The notes under the pieces were generated by a model. That model searched no databases and was not told where the DNA came from. It saw only the letters and a program-made list of their open reading frames with translations. DNA of 64,000 bases from Chitinophagaceae bacterium (GTDB lineage: Bacteria; Bacteroidota; Bacteroidia; Chitinophagales; Chitinophagaceae), in contig DASZPM010000016.1 in assembly GCA_035550215.1 (NCBI GenBank), positions 5,788 to 69,787 on the forward strand, read 5' to 3'. How positions within the stretch are numbered: position 1 is the first letter of the stretch; every line of letters begins with the position of its first letter. Positions 54,316 through 64,000 of the stretch are shown here, piece after piece. A program made the translations under genes and the position numbers.

Positions 54316-54940
54316 AAATATTTTAATAGACTCTCTTGACCTTGAAGGCGGGGTTTTATGTCTTGATTTTGCGAATACGGTAAGTGACCGCAGGCTAACA
54401 CCTGTGCAGGACTATTTTACTGATATCTATGCATTTTTGTATTGGGCGGCAAATAAAGCGGGAATTGTTACCGAAAGAGAGGCAATGCTGCTTGAAAAGA
54501 CAATTAAAGAAAACCCGGCAAAGGCAATTGGCTTTTTTAAAGAAGCGATTGATTTAAGGGAACTTATATACGCCATGTTTTACAGGGTTAGCAGGAATGA
54601 AGATATAACCGCAGGGCAATTAAATGAGTTTAATGCAATACTGAAAAAGTACATACCTTATACAAAACTGCAAAAAAAAGGAAGCGGTTTTGAAGAAGTA
54701 TGCGCCCTTGAGGAAGATGACCTGTATATATTAACAGTTCCCATTATAAAAAGCGCCCACGAATTATTGCTGTCCGGAAAGCTGGAAAAAATAAAACAAT
54801 GCGGCAGCGATAACTGCGGTTGGCTTTTTCTGGATACGTCAAAAAATGGCAAACGGCACTGGTGCAGTATGAAGACCTGTGGCAGCAAAGACAAGGCCAT
54901 CAAATATTATTACCGTAAAAAAGAGGCAAGAGAACAATAG
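54308..54940 (+). CDS. CGNR zinc-finger protein with an ABATE-like N-terminal domain (putative regulator)
   Basis: The C-terminal CGSDNCGWLFLDTSKNGKRHWCSMKTCGSKDKAIKYY is the CGNR zinc-finger signature. Confidence 0.85.
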   Translation: MVKNILIDSLDLEGGVLCLDFANTVSDRRLTPVQDYFTDIYAFLYWAANKAGIVTEREAMLLEKTIKENPAKAIGFFKEAIDLRELIYAMFYRVSRNEDITAGQLNEFNAILKKYIPYTKLQKKGSGFEEVCALEEDDLYILTVPIIKSAHELLLSGKLEKIKQCGSDNCGWLFLDTSKNGKRHWCSMKTCGSKDKAIKYYYRKKEAREQ

Positions 54941-55396
54941 TTAGAAGTTAAGGGCACAGTTAACCCATTCCGGGTCAAAATTGGCGTTGTATTTTTTGTA
55001 AAAATTTATAGCAGGCTCGTTCCATTCAAGCACCTGCCAGACAATGCCACAGAATTTTCTTTCTTTAGCTTCTTCAATCAGCGCATCAAACAGCAATTTG
55101 CCAATGCCTTTGCCCCGCGCTTCTTCTGTCACAACAATGTCCTCAAGGTACATCCGTTGTCCCTTCCAGGTAGAATAACGTATGTAATACAGGGCAAACC
55201 CCTGGATAATATTTGTTTCGTCTTCAACAGCCACAAAAGCCCACCATACCGGGTTATCACCAAAGCCGCTTTCTTCAAAATGTTCAAGCGTTACAGTAAC
55301 TTCCTGCGGCGCTTTTTCGTATAAAGCCAGTTCTTTTACAAGCTCTAAAAGTCTCGGGCAGTCTTTGCGTTCCGCCCTGCGTATTGTTATTGCCAT
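54941..55396 (-). CDS. GNAT N-acetyltransferase (SSAT/diamine acetyltransferase-like)
   Basis: 151 aa with motif A EEARGKGIGKLLF and the tail EPAINFYKKY. Confidence 0.85.
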   Translation of the reverse strand: MAITIRRAERKDCPRLLELVKELALYEKAPQEVTVTLEHFEESGFGDNPVWWAFVAVEDETNIIQGFALYYIRYSTWKGQRMYLEDIVVTEEARGKGIGKLLFDALIEEAKERKFCGIVWQVLEWNEPAINFYKKYNANFDPEWVNCALNF

Positions 55397-55415
55397 GTTG
55401 CTGAATAATTTGTTC

Positions 55416-56354
55416 TTATAGTTCTTCCGTTAATCTTGTCACTTCTTCCGCGCAGCCAAACGCCAGCGTATAGCCGCTGCCGCCATGGCCGTAGTTATGA
55501 ATTATTTTAGTGCCTTTCTCCCTTTCCACCCTTACTTCCGGCCTGTATGGCCGTAACCCTGCCCAGTTACCGATAATTTTTCTTTTATCAAGGCCGGGAA
55601 AAACGCTGTAAGCCCTTCTTAAAATGTCATCAAGGCTTTCCTGTTCCGTCTTTTCATCATACACATTTTCCTCGTAAGTACCGCCAACTATAGTAGCATC
55701 TTTGCGCGGAACTATGTATGCAGGTGTCTGGTTGTCCAAAAATATATGGTCGGGAAACCCCGGCTCCAGCAATACTACCTGCCCGCGCACCGGGATAACC
55801 GTTTTGTCGTTGCACAGTTCCCTTGAGCCCAAAGCCGAGCAATTGATGATGGCATCGTATTCGCTGCTCAAATCGTGCAGGTCAAATATCTGCTGGTGTT
55901 TAAAAGTAGTTCCCTTAGCCTCTACCTGTTTATACAGCCAGGGCAAAAATATTTGCGTTTCTATCAGCGGCACATAAGCCTCGTAGGCTTTATCATACCC
56001 GGCAGGCGCTTTATCCTCCTGTAATACCGCCAAAGTATTACCCGGCATAAAATCAAGCCAGGTGTCCTCATCCCCGGTATTATTTTTTACTGCCTTTACA
56101 ATTTTCTTCATGCTTATGCCTGTTTCTTCGCCGCACAGGCCTTCATAAAAATGGTAGCTTTTAACGCACCAGTCAATACCCCGCCGGTCATTCCTTATAT
56201 GGTATGGAAACCAAAAGGCAGCAGCCCTGTTAGAAGTGATGTCCGGGGAAAAACTTTTTGAAATTATATGCAGTTCATGCCCCTGTGCCGCCAGCAAATA
56301 AGCGCTGCTCATGCCACTAATGCCCGCGCCAATAACAGCAATTTTTTTACCCAT
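55416..56354 (-). CDS. D-amino-acid oxidase (DAAO-family FAD flavoprotein)
   Basis: KIAVIGAGISGMS is a GxGxxG motif. It is collinear by eye with mammalian DAAO (DAIINCSALGS, PVRGQVV, GLRPYRPEVRVERE, IIHNYGHGGSGYTLAFGCA). Confidence 0.85.
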   Translation of the reverse strand: MGKKIAVIGAGISGMSSAYLLAAQGHELHIISKSFSPDITSNRAAAFWFPYHIRNDRRGIDWCVKSYHFYEGLCGEETGISMKKIVKAVKNNTGDEDTWLDFMPGNTLAVLQEDKAPAGYDKAYEAYVPLIETQIFLPWLYKQVEAKGTTFKHQQIFDLHDLSSEYDAIINCSALGSRELCNDKTVIPVRGQVVLLEPGFPDHIFLDNQTPAYIVPRKDATIVGGTYEENVYDEKTEQESLDDILRRAYSVFPGLDKRKIIGNWAGLRPYRPEVRVEREKGTKIIHNYGHGGSGYTLAFGCAEEVTRLTEEL

Positions 56355-56405
56355 GCCGCAAAAATAGTAGTTAGTTGCCTTGTTGATTAATTAACGGGCG
56401 GGATA

Positions 56406-58229
56406 TTATTTTTTCTTCGTGGCTTTAAAAGTGCCATTGGGTTGTATAAAAAGCACTTCAGTAATATTGCCTTTATCATCGGCGTTAAACTGAAGGGTGT
56501 AACCTGTAAGTGTTTTTATAGAGAATTTATTTGTATCCACCGGTACTAGCGCATATTCCGGCTGGCCGGGTACAAACAGGTAAAGTGTTTTATCATCTTT
56601 AATATACAGTTTTGCTGTAACAGGGCCCAGCCCGTATTCGCCGGTATATTTTTGCAGGCTGTCTTTACTTATCTCTTTTGGTTTAGGCGACCTGTCAAAT
56701 ACAATTGGCTTAAGGCCGCCTTCCATAGTGATGGAGAGGCTTTCAATATCGCCGGCCATATTCATATTAAACTGGAGCGGGTCACTTTTATCACTTGTGT
56801 CTATTCCGTCGTGAATGTTATCATCAAAAGGTTCAAACATGTCGTAATGGTAATGCATCAACCACCATTTGGCATTTGGCAAGAAGGCAAACAGGGAATC
56901 TCTTTCAAGAGAAACATTTATCGCCCCGTATCCTTTGTTGGTATAAATACCTTCATAGTCTTTCAGGGGATGGGAGGGAACGGTATTTAACTTGCGGCTT
57001 GATACCTGTGCCGCTTCCGCTTTTTTGGCAGCGGCTTTTGCCGAGTCAGCCCGGCTTTTCAGGTAGGTTTCCCAGTCATAATATTTTAACCCAAGCATCC
57101 TGTCGGCAATTAAATTGCGTACTGCCGATGGAACCGTCGAACCATTCTGGTTGCTTAATACAATAATACCTATACTGTCAGAAGGAAAAAAGCAGGTACT
57201 TGCAGAAAAGCCGTCAATATTACCGCCGTGCTCTACGCGGTAATGCCCTTTATAGGATGCCTGCATCCAGCCATATCCATAACTCGAAAAAAAGACATCC
57301 GGGATTTCTTTGGTTGGTAAGCCTCCGTCAATCATCATTTGCGGGCTCATTGCTTCGGTGGCATAACCTGCGGGAATGATTTGTTTCTCCCCGAACTTAC
57401 CATCATTTATCCAGGTAATTACCCATTTGGCCATTTCGGTTACGCTGCTGTTTATGCTGCCGGCAGGCCCCATCGCATCAATATGATAATAATCCAGCTT
57501 ATGAATTATACTGTCTTTTTTAACGTAATACCCAATAGCCGCATCACTGTCTGCAGCCATAGTATCTACTGAAAAATCGGTGCGCTCCATACCCAGCGGC
57601 TGTAATATTTTTTCTTTTACGTTTTTCTCCCATAGTTCTCCCGTTAATTTTTGCACTAATACACCCTGCACCAAAAACATAAAATTATTGTATTGCCATT
57701 TTTCCCGAACGCCATATGTCGGCTCCATGTATTGAATACGCTGTATAAGACTGTCTCTTGACTTTGTGGTGAAATAATACCAGGAGAGATCATGCCTTGG
57801 TAAACCCGTCCTGTGGGACATCAGGTCTTTAACAAGAATATTATTATTCATGTTATCATTATAAAATTTCAGTTCGGGCAGGTAATTTCTTATTGGTTTA
57901 TTAAAATCAACTTTGCCTTTCTCACGCAGCATACCCAGGAGTGATGCGGTAAAAGCCTTGGTGCAACTGCCTATGGCAAAAAGGGTATTGGCAGTAACCG
58001 GCTTTTTATTTTCAACATCGCGGTAACCAAAACCCTTTGCATATATCACTTTATTTTTCTCCACTACTGCTACTGCAAAACCTACAGCATGCCAGTCTTT
58101 CAAAATACGGGCAAAAGCAGTATCAAGGCCTTCAAAACGTTTGTCAATTTGTGCGGGTACTGCTTTTTTCTGGGCAGTTGCAATGCCCGTTACGGCAATC
58201 AATAGCAGCAGTAATGAAATATTTCTCAT
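56406..58229 (-). CDS. Secreted beta-lactamase-fold serine hydrolase (class C / DD-peptidase / D-aminopeptidase-like) with a C-terminal extension
   Basis: Signal peptide from ATG at 58229. SCTKAF is the SxxK motif, with YNN and HGG motifs also present. A C-terminal extra domain of about 200 aa follows. Confidence 0.85.
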   Translation of the reverse strand: MRNISLLLLLIAVTGIATAQKKAVPAQIDKRFEGLDTAFARILKDWHAVGFAVAVVEKNKVIYAKGFGYRDVENKKPVTANTLFAIGSCTKAFTASLLGMLREKGKVDFNKPIRNYLPELKFYNDNMNNNILVKDLMSHRTGLPRHDLSWYYFTTKSRDSLIQRIQYMEPTYGVREKWQYNNFMFLVQGVLVQKLTGELWEKNVKEKILQPLGMERTDFSVDTMAADSDAAIGYYVKKDSIIHKLDYYHIDAMGPAGSINSSVTEMAKWVITWINDGKFGEKQIIPAGYATEAMSPQMMIDGGLPTKEIPDVFFSSYGYGWMQASYKGHYRVEHGGNIDGFSASTCFFPSDSIGIIVLSNQNGSTVPSAVRNLIADRMLGLKYYDWETYLKSRADSAKAAAKKAEAAQVSSRKLNTVPSHPLKDYEGIYTNKGYGAINVSLERDSLFAFLPNAKWWLMHYHYDMFEPFDDNIHDGIDTSDKSDPLQFNMNMAGDIESLSITMEGGLKPIVFDRSPKPKEISKDSLQKYTGEYGLGPVTAKLYIKDDKTLYLFVPGQPEYALVPVDTNKFSIKTLTGYTLQFNADDKGNITEVLFIQPNGTFKATKKK

Positions 58230-58387
58230 GCATGTTTTTTTAAAGACTGTACTGCAACAGCATCCACCGTTGTGTTGCACTGTTGGTTTTAAAAGGCGAA
58301 TAATAAATGACTGCTATAAAAATAGCATTTTGTTATAAGTGGTTAGCTTAAAAAGCCAGCTTAATTTGGTTCAGGAATATTTTATTT

Positions 58388-60115
58388 TTAACCCGCTGTT
58401 GCAGCCAATTTGCTTTTATTGTAACCATACATAAAGTAAACTACAAGCCCGATTACCAGCCAGCTTCCAAACCACAGCCAGTTACTCCCCGTCATACCTG
58501 TAAGCAGGTACAGGCAGGTTGAAAGGCCCATTAGCGGAATGAGTGAAAGGTTTTTTACGAATGCTGCTACAGAAAGGGCGGCCAATATTATCCACAATAT
58601 TATTGTGGAAATATTAAGTGAGGCGTCGTCCGAATTTATATTAAATAAGTCAGCGAAATAATGCGGGTTGTTAAGCTGTAAAAGAATGATAGCTGCTATA
58701 ACAAGCAGCGGGAAAATAATTTTCGCATTTATATAAGGCATATTGAATTTGCCCGGCACTTTCTCTTTTTTCGGTATCAAAAGCACGCCGCCGCACACCA
58801 GCACAAATGCAAAAAGTGTAGCTATGCTTGTAAAGTCGAGTACAAATGTTTTATCGGTAAATAAAATAGGTACCCCTACAAACAAGCCGGTAATAATGGT
58901 TGAGAATGAAGGCGTTTGAAATTTAGGATGAATTTTTTCAAATATCGGTGGCAGCAGGCCGTCGCGGCTCATGCACATCCATATTCTTGGCTGCCCCATC
59001 TGGAAAACTAGCAGCACGCTTGTCATGGCTATCACTGCTGCAAGCGACACAAGAAACTGCATCCATGTTACATGGGTATCTTCAAATATTTTAGCAAGCG
59101 GGTCGCCCACATTTTCAAAGCTGCGGTAGTTTAACACACCGGTTAATACCAGCGCAAGCAGTATATATACCACTGTGCAAATAACCAGCGACAGTATCAT
59201 GCTCCGTGGCAAATCGCGCTGCGGGTTTTTACTTTCCTCTGCCATTACGCTTATCGCATCAAACCCTATATAAGCAAAGAAAACGCCGCTTACCGCTGTC
59301 ATCACGCCGCTAAAGCCATTGGGCATAAAAGCCTTTACGCCGGCGTCGTTTACAGGCAGCCAGTTATCCGGGTTAACATAATAAGCGCCTACACCAATCA
59401 CCAGTGCTACCACGCACAATTTTAGCACAACCATTATGTTACTGAAATTCCTGGACTCTTTTATGCCAATATACACCAGCATGGTAATAAGTACATTAAT
59501 AACCAGGGCCGGAAGGTCAAAAATAATACGCAGGCCACCTATAACGGGCGCATTTTTCCACGCAGTAAGCAACTCCTGGGTTGATGATGTAAGCGTGTTA
59601 AACGCAGCGCCTGAATTTTCAATAACAGCTTTATGGGCTTCCATATAACTGCAGGTAAGGTTGGCAGGTATGTGTACCCCTATACGGCTTAAAAACGAGG
59701 TAAAATAATCGCTCCACGAAAAAGCCACGTATATGTTACCAATAGAATATTCCATTATTAACGCCCAGCCGATTATCCAGGCAAATAACTCCCCGAATGA
59801 AGCGTAAGCATACGTATAAGCACTGCCTGCTACCGGTATACGGCTGGCAAATTCTGCATAGCACAATGCAGTAAAACCGCAGGCTACCGCGCAAATAATA
59901 AACAGGAAGACCACCCCCGGGCCGCCTTTAAAACAGGCTTCACCAAGACTGCTGAAGCTGCCCGCACCAATAATAGCAGCTATACCAAAAAAGGTCAGGT
60001 CTCGCAGGGTTAGTACCCTTTTAAGGCCGCCGCCTGCATGCGGGTCGTCCTGCATGGTTTCGGCGTCGCCTAATATTTTGCTGATTGATTTGGTGCGGAA
60101 TAGTGAATTGCTCAT
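58388..60115 (-). CDS. APC-superfamily amino acid permease (cationic amino acid transporter-like)
   Basis: 575 aa with about 14 TM helices. Typical APC start (LKRVLTLRDLTFFGIAAIIGAGSF). Confidence 0.9.
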   Translation of the reverse strand: MSNSLFRTKSISKILGDAETMQDDPHAGGGLKRVLTLRDLTFFGIAAIIGAGSFSSLGEACFKGGPGVVFLFIICAVACGFTALCYAEFASRIPVAGSAYTYAYASFGELFAWIIGWALIMEYSIGNIYVAFSWSDYFTSFLSRIGVHIPANLTCSYMEAHKAVIENSGAAFNTLTSSTQELLTAWKNAPVIGGLRIIFDLPALVINVLITMLVYIGIKESRNFSNIMVVLKLCVVALVIGVGAYYVNPDNWLPVNDAGVKAFMPNGFSGVMTAVSGVFFAYIGFDAISVMAEESKNPQRDLPRSMILSLVICTVVYILLALVLTGVLNYRSFENVGDPLAKIFEDTHVTWMQFLVSLAAVIAMTSVLLVFQMGQPRIWMCMSRDGLLPPIFEKIHPKFQTPSFSTIITGLFVGVPILFTDKTFVLDFTSIATLFAFVLVCGGVLLIPKKEKVPGKFNMPYINAKIIFPLLVIAAIILLQLNNPHYFADLFNINSDDASLNISTIILWIILAALSVAAFVKNLSLIPLMGLSTCLYLLTGMTGSNWLWFGSWLVIGLVVYFMYGYNKSKLAATAG

Positions 60116-60312
60116 GCAGTACTATTTTGTATAAAAGGGTAAAATAGTGAAAGGCCGCTAAGCAGAAAAATATTTTTTAGTGGTAACGCCTGCTGTATGG
60201 TGATAAAAGGAATCTTTACGCGCATGCAATCAACCCGGGGTTATTCGCCATGCTTTGTAGGTTTGGCAGTTATACTCATCGTATATTCGCACCTCACAAT
60301 ATCTTATAAATT

Positions 60313-61728
60313 GTGGATTTATTACAGCGGTTTAAACAACATATTCAGAAAGAATTCCCTTTTCTCCATTCATCTAACTGCAGGCCGGTACTGGCAGTAA
60401 GCGGCGGTGTGGACAGTACTGTATTAACTGACCTGTTTGCCAAAGCAGGTTACGATTTTATTATTGCGCATTGTAATTTTCAGTTGCGGGGTACAGAAAG
60501 TGATCGGGACGAGGTGTTTGTGAGACGGTTAGGACAAGTATATAATAAGCCGGTACTTGTAAAAAAGTTTGATACAAACCAATATGCGCAACGCTATAAG
60601 CTTTCGATACAGGAAACCGCGCGGAAATTACGCTATGGCTGGTTTAAGGAAGTATTGAAAAGTGAGAAAAGCTTAAAGCCGAACAAGGGCAATGGAGGCG
60701 AAACTAATGAACTAAATACGGGTTATAGTCCGTCGCCACTAACTGCTTACCTGGTTACTGCCCATCACGCCAATGACAATATTGAGACCCTACTGATAAA
60801 CTTATTTCGTGGTACCGGCATCAGCGGTTTACATGGAATACCACCCAGGCAAGGTGATATAATCCGCCCGCTGCTGTTTGCCAAAAGAGAGGAAATTATC
60901 GAGTATGCCACTATAAATGGCCTTCATTGGGTAGAGGACTCTTCCAATGCTTCGGATAAATACACCCGCAACTTTATCCGGCACCAGTTAGTGCCTTTGG
61001 CAAAAGAAATATTTGCCGATACGGAGACTAATCTTCTGCAGAACATAGAACGGTTTAAAGAGGCGGAGATGTTATATACCCAGGCGCTTGGCCTACACAA
61101 AAAAAAGCTATTGGAGCAAAAGGGAAACGAATGGCATATACCCATACTTAAACTGCAAAAAGCAACCCCTTTACACACTATAGTATGGGAGATTATTAAA
61201 GCCTTTAATTTTTCGGCGGCCCAAACAGAAGAGGTAATCAAATTAATGCCGGCTGAAAACGGAAGTTATATAATGTCCTCTACGCACCGCATTATTAACA
61301 ACCGCGGATGGCTTATCATAGCCCCGTTGCAAACCTCGGCGACCGGGCATATCCTGGTTGAAAAGGAAGACAGTAAAATAATATTTGAAGACGGTAAATT
61401 ACTGGTGGAAACTATTCCTGCGGCTCAATCTAAAATAACTGCTGATTCTTCTGTAGCTATGGTGGATGCGTTGAATATACATTTTCCATTATTGCTGCGT
61501 AAATGGAAGCAGGGCGATTATTTTTACCCGCTGGGTATGCAAAAGAAAAAAAAGCTAAGCCGCTTTTTTATTGACCAAAAACTCTCCCCCCTTGAGAAAG
61601 AAAAAGTATGGGTGCTGGAGATGAATAAAAAAATTATTTGGGTTGTGGGCCTGCGTATTGATGACAGGTTTAAAATAATGCCTGCTACGCAGCAGGTATT
61701 AAAACTTAGTGTTGTTAAAAATGTTTAG
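60313..61728 (+). CDS. tilS: tRNA(Ile)-lysidine synthetase
   Basis: The PP-loop is LAVSGGVDSTVL, and TAHHANDNIETLL is present. A C-terminal TilS domain is present. The start is GTG. Confidence 0.9.
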   Translation: MDLLQRFKQHIQKEFPFLHSSNCRPVLAVSGGVDSTVLTDLFAKAGYDFIIAHCNFQLRGTESDRDEVFVRRLGQVYNKPVLVKKFDTNQYAQRYKLSIQETARKLRYGWFKEVLKSEKSLKPNKGNGGETNELNTGYSPSPLTAYLVTAHHANDNIETLLINLFRGTGISGLHGIPPRQGDIIRPLLFAKREEIIEYATINGLHWVEDSSNASDKYTRNFIRHQLVPLAKEIFADTETNLLQNIERFKEAEMLYTQALGLHKKKLLEQKGNEWHIPILKLQKATPLHTIVWEIIKAFNFSAAQTEEVIKLMPAENGSYIMSSTHRIINNRGWLIIAPLQTSATGHILVEKEDSKIIFEDGKLLVETIPAAQSKITADSSVAMVDALNIHFPLLLRKWKQGDYFYPLGMQKKKKLSRFFIDQKLSPLEKEKVWVLEMNKKIIWVVGLRIDDRFKIMPATQQVLKLSVVKNV

Positions 61729-62368
61729 TAAAGTAAGCTGCCATTTGGCTGGTGAACCATGTAAAGGGGTTGATGTCAGAAAAAATAAAACCGGCGGCTA
61801 TAAAAAAAACAATGCCATATACAGCGCCCCAAAAATGCGCAGAGTGGTTTATATTGTCGCGTTTGCGGCGATCCATAATTACACATCCCACAAGGTACAG
61901 CGGCCCGAAAATGAAGCCGGGAATGTAAATACCCGGTAAGATAATAAGTCCTATACCCATACCCGGGTCAATAAAAATACCGGCAAAAATCATTGCGGAT
62001 ACGGCGCCGGATGCGCCCAGCCCCCGGTAATTAAGGTTATTTCTATTTTTAAAGTAAGTGGGCAGCAAACATATAACCAACGCCGTAAAATACAGGATGA
62101 CAAACAGCAGTTTGCCTTTCTCTTTAAAAAAATAAGCGAAGGCGTCCTCTACCACTTTGCCAAAAAGGAAAAAGGAGAACATATTAAAAGCAAGGTGCTG
62201 GTAATCTGCATGAATAAACCCACTGGTAATAAAACGCCACCACTGGTTTTTCCGGCTCACCGCTGCCGTGTTAAAAATCAGGTCGTTCATCACCTGTATG
62301 TTTGAAAACGCTATAAGCGAAGTGACTACCGTGACGCCAATCAAAATATACGTAAGAGCTATTTCCAT
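61715..62368 (-). CDS. Rhomboid-family intramembrane serine protease
   Basis: The HxxxxHxxxN-like block is HADYQHLAFNM. The catalytic GASGAVSAM and a downstream His (HFWG) are present, with 6 TM helices. Its 3' end overlaps the tilS 3' end by 14 nt. Confidence 0.85.
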   Translation of the reverse strand: MEIALTYILIGVTVVTSLIAFSNIQVMNDLIFNTAAVSRKNQWWRFITSGFIHADYQHLAFNMFSFFLFGKVVEDAFAYFFKEKGKLLFVILYFTALVICLLPTYFKNRNNLNYRGLGASGAVSAMIFAGIFIDPGMGIGLIILPGIYIPGFIFGPLYLVGCVIMDRRKRDNINHSAHFWGAVYGIVFFIAAGFIFSDINPFTWFTSQMAAYFTKHF

Positions 62369-62456
62369 ATTATTAGTTACAGGCGGTAAAAATATAGTAA
62401 TAAGCAGATTGGAGCGAAGAAAATAATCGTACTAAACATTTTAGTTACTTTGCAGT

Positions 62457-63752
62457 ATGAACGCACAATCGCCTTTAGCTGAAAGAATGCGCCCCAATAC
62501 ACTGGACGAGCTGGTAGGGCAACAGCACCTTACCGGCAAGGGAAGTATTTTACGCAGGGCTATTGAGCAGGGCAACATTCCTTCCATAATATTGTGGGGC
62601 CCGCCCGGTACCGGCAAAACAACTATTGCCAATATTATTGCGCATACCCTGCGCATGCCGTTTTACCAGCTAAGCGCTATAAGCAGTGGCGTTAAGGATG
62701 TTCGCGAAGTAATAGAAACCGCCAGGCAGCAGTCAAAAGCTATTTTGTTTATTGATGAAATTCACCGGTTTAACAAAGGCCAGCAGGATGCCTTGCTGGG
62801 CGCTGTGGAAAAGGGCATTATCACCCTTATTGGCGCCACAACTGAAAACCCCTCATTTGAGGTAAATTCCGCTTTGCTTAGCCGCTGCCAGGTATATGTA
62901 TTAAAACCGTTGAGTGAAGCTGATATGGTTTCCCTGCTGCATCACTCACTGGAGACTGATGATGTTTTAAAACAGTATAATGTTGAATTAAAAGAAACTG
63001 CTGCCCTCATCAATATTTCCGGCGGCGATGCACGGAAATTATTAAACCTGTTGGACCTGGTGGTGACGAGCAGCTTTAAAATGTCGGGTGTAGCGGGAGA
63101 TTCAGATGGGGTGGCAAACAAAATAACGGACGACCTTGTAATGGAGGTTGCGCAAAAACGTATTGCCATTTATGACAAGCAGGGTGAACAGCATTACGAT
63201 ATTATTTCAGCTTTTATAAAAAGCATGCGCGGCAGCGACCCCAATGCAGCCGTGTACTGGCTGGCACGTATGATAGAAGGAGGGGAAGACGTTAAATTTA
63301 TTGCCCGGCGTATGCTTATATTGGCGGCGGAAGATATTGGCAATGCCAACCCCAATGCCCTGCTGCTTGCCAATGCAACTTTTGATGCGGTGAACAAAAT
63401 AGGGTACCCCGAGGCAAACCTTATATTATCGCAATGCGCCATATACCTTGCAGCCAGCGCCAAAAGTAACAGCGCCACAACTGCTATAGGCAAAGCATTT
63501 GGCGCTGTAAAAGAACATGGCGACCTGCCGGTGCCGCTTCATATACGCAATGCGCCCACACGGCTTATGAAAGACCTTGATTACGGCAAGGGATACCAAT
63601 ACAGCCACAGTTACGAAGGCAATTTCTCGGAGCAGGAATATTTGCCGGATGCAATCTCGGGCACACAGTTTTATGAACCCGGCAAAAACGCGAGGGAGGA
63701 AGAATTACGGAAGTTTTTGAAAGCGAGATGGAAAGAAAAGTATGGTTTTTGA
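62457..63752 (+). CDS. rarA: Replication-associated recombination protein A (AAA+ ATPase)
   Basis: Walker A is GPPGTGKTT and Walker B is ILFIDEIHRF. The MgsA C-terminal block is YDIISAFIKSMRGSDPNAAVYWLARM. Confidence 0.95.
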   Translation: MNAQSPLAERMRPNTLDELVGQQHLTGKGSILRRAIEQGNIPSIILWGPPGTGKTTIANIIAHTLRMPFYQLSAISSGVKDVREVIETARQQSKAILFIDEIHRFNKGQQDALLGAVEKGIITLIGATTENPSFEVNSALLSRCQVYVLKPLSEADMVSLLHHSLETDDVLKQYNVELKETAALINISGGDARKLLNLLDLVVTSSFKMSGVAGDSDGVANKITDDLVMEVAQKRIAIYDKQGEQHYDIISAFIKSMRGSDPNAAVYWLARMIEGGEDVKFIARRMLILAAEDIGNANPNALLLANATFDAVNKIGYPEANLILSQCAIYLAASAKSNSATTAIGKAFGAVKEHGDLPVPLHIRNAPTRLMKDLDYGKGYQYSHSYEGNFSEQEYLPDAISGTQFYEPGKNAREEELRKFLKARWKEKYGF

Positions 63753-63786
63753 TGCGATGTGACAGGCTTTATTTATTTTAGTGCTT

Positions 63787-64000
63787 ATGGATGATTTTCA
63801 ACTCGAAGAAATACCCGAAAGCAAACTATATAAAACGGGGAATATAACACTTGCTGCTTTTTTTGGTGGTGCAATTGTCGGAATTTATCTTTTAGCTGAA
63901 AATTTTAGAAAATTGGGCAGAGCACACGCAACATACTTCACCTGGATAGTGGGTATATTTTTGTTTATGTTAGTAAATATTTTGCGCCTGTATTTCTTTC
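63787..64000 (+). CDS. Hypothetical membrane protein, N-terminal fragment (runs off the window)
   Basis: The frame is open from ATG at 63787 to the window end. Two hydrophobic segments are present (ITLAAFFGGAIVGIYLL, WIVGIFLFMLVNIL). Confidence 0.4.
   Translation, partial: MDDFQLEEIPESKLYKTGNITLAAFFGGAIVGIYLLAENFRKLGRAHATYFTWIVGIFLFMLVNILRLYFF

Noticed and set aside
60658-60750. Extra Gly/Asn/Ser-rich segment (KSLKPNKGNGGETNELNTGYSPSP) in TilS
   Set aside because: It looks like a variable surface linker between conserved blocks. Nothing suggests an intein, an insertion element or a frameshift.

Overview
This 64-kb window is chromosomal and almost certainly from a Bacteroidota genome (Sphingobacteriia/Chitinophagia-like). 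Supporting signs are a T9SS C-terminal sorting domain, TAnnTTTG-type promoter boxes at both tRNA genes, a DUF4199-like gene, a LytS/LytTR pair and many secreted glycosidases. I call about 60 CDS, 2 tRNAs, 1 frameshifted gene and several hairpin terminators. I saw no rRNA, CRISPR array, transposase, integrase or prophage genes.

Content in order:
1. The 3' end of a Moco-dependent oxidoreductase subunit, followed by a tightly coupled 10-gene molybdenum-cofactor operon (moaC, mobB-like/mobA, moaD, moaE, moaA, moeB-rhodanese, tauE-like, moeA, xdhC, mocA).
2. An aldo/keto reductase, an AraC regulator, a broken ECF sigma gene with its membrane partner, a histone-H1-like protein and a VOC protein.
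3. A secreted repeat protein carrying a 372-bp tandem duplication, a GH2 glycosidase and divergent tRNA-Leu(CAG) and tRNA-Pro(GGG).
4. An lctP-lutABC operon that ends in a malate-synthase-family gene.
5. An accessory-looking operon rich in ankyrin-repeat, GNAT, VOC and DUF1624 proteins, with a divergent GNAT-ankyrin fusion.
6. A LytS/LytTR two-component pair, a degenerate dihydroorotase-like gene and a glycan locus encoding a complete GDP-D-glycero-alpha-D-manno-heptose pathway plus GT2, GT4 and SGNH genes.
7. A histidine kinase, a GH3 with a PA14 insert and an 8-repeat T9SS cargo protein.
8. A cluster of an HxH-less amidohydrolase lipoprotein, a HisRS/HisZ-like orphan and a beta-barrel protein.
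9. An unannotated 54-aa ORF divergent from a CGNR zinc-finger gene, separated by a TTTACC hexamer array.
10. A permease / beta-lactamase-fold hydrolase / D-amino-acid oxidase / GNAT run, then tilS, a rhomboid protease and rarA.

The most interesting candidates are the LutABC plus malate synthase operon (possible glycolate route), the ankyrin/acetyltransferase/VOC operon, the HisRS-like orphan cluster, and the small ORF with its hexamer array. All functional calls rest on motifs recognised by eye; no database search was run.
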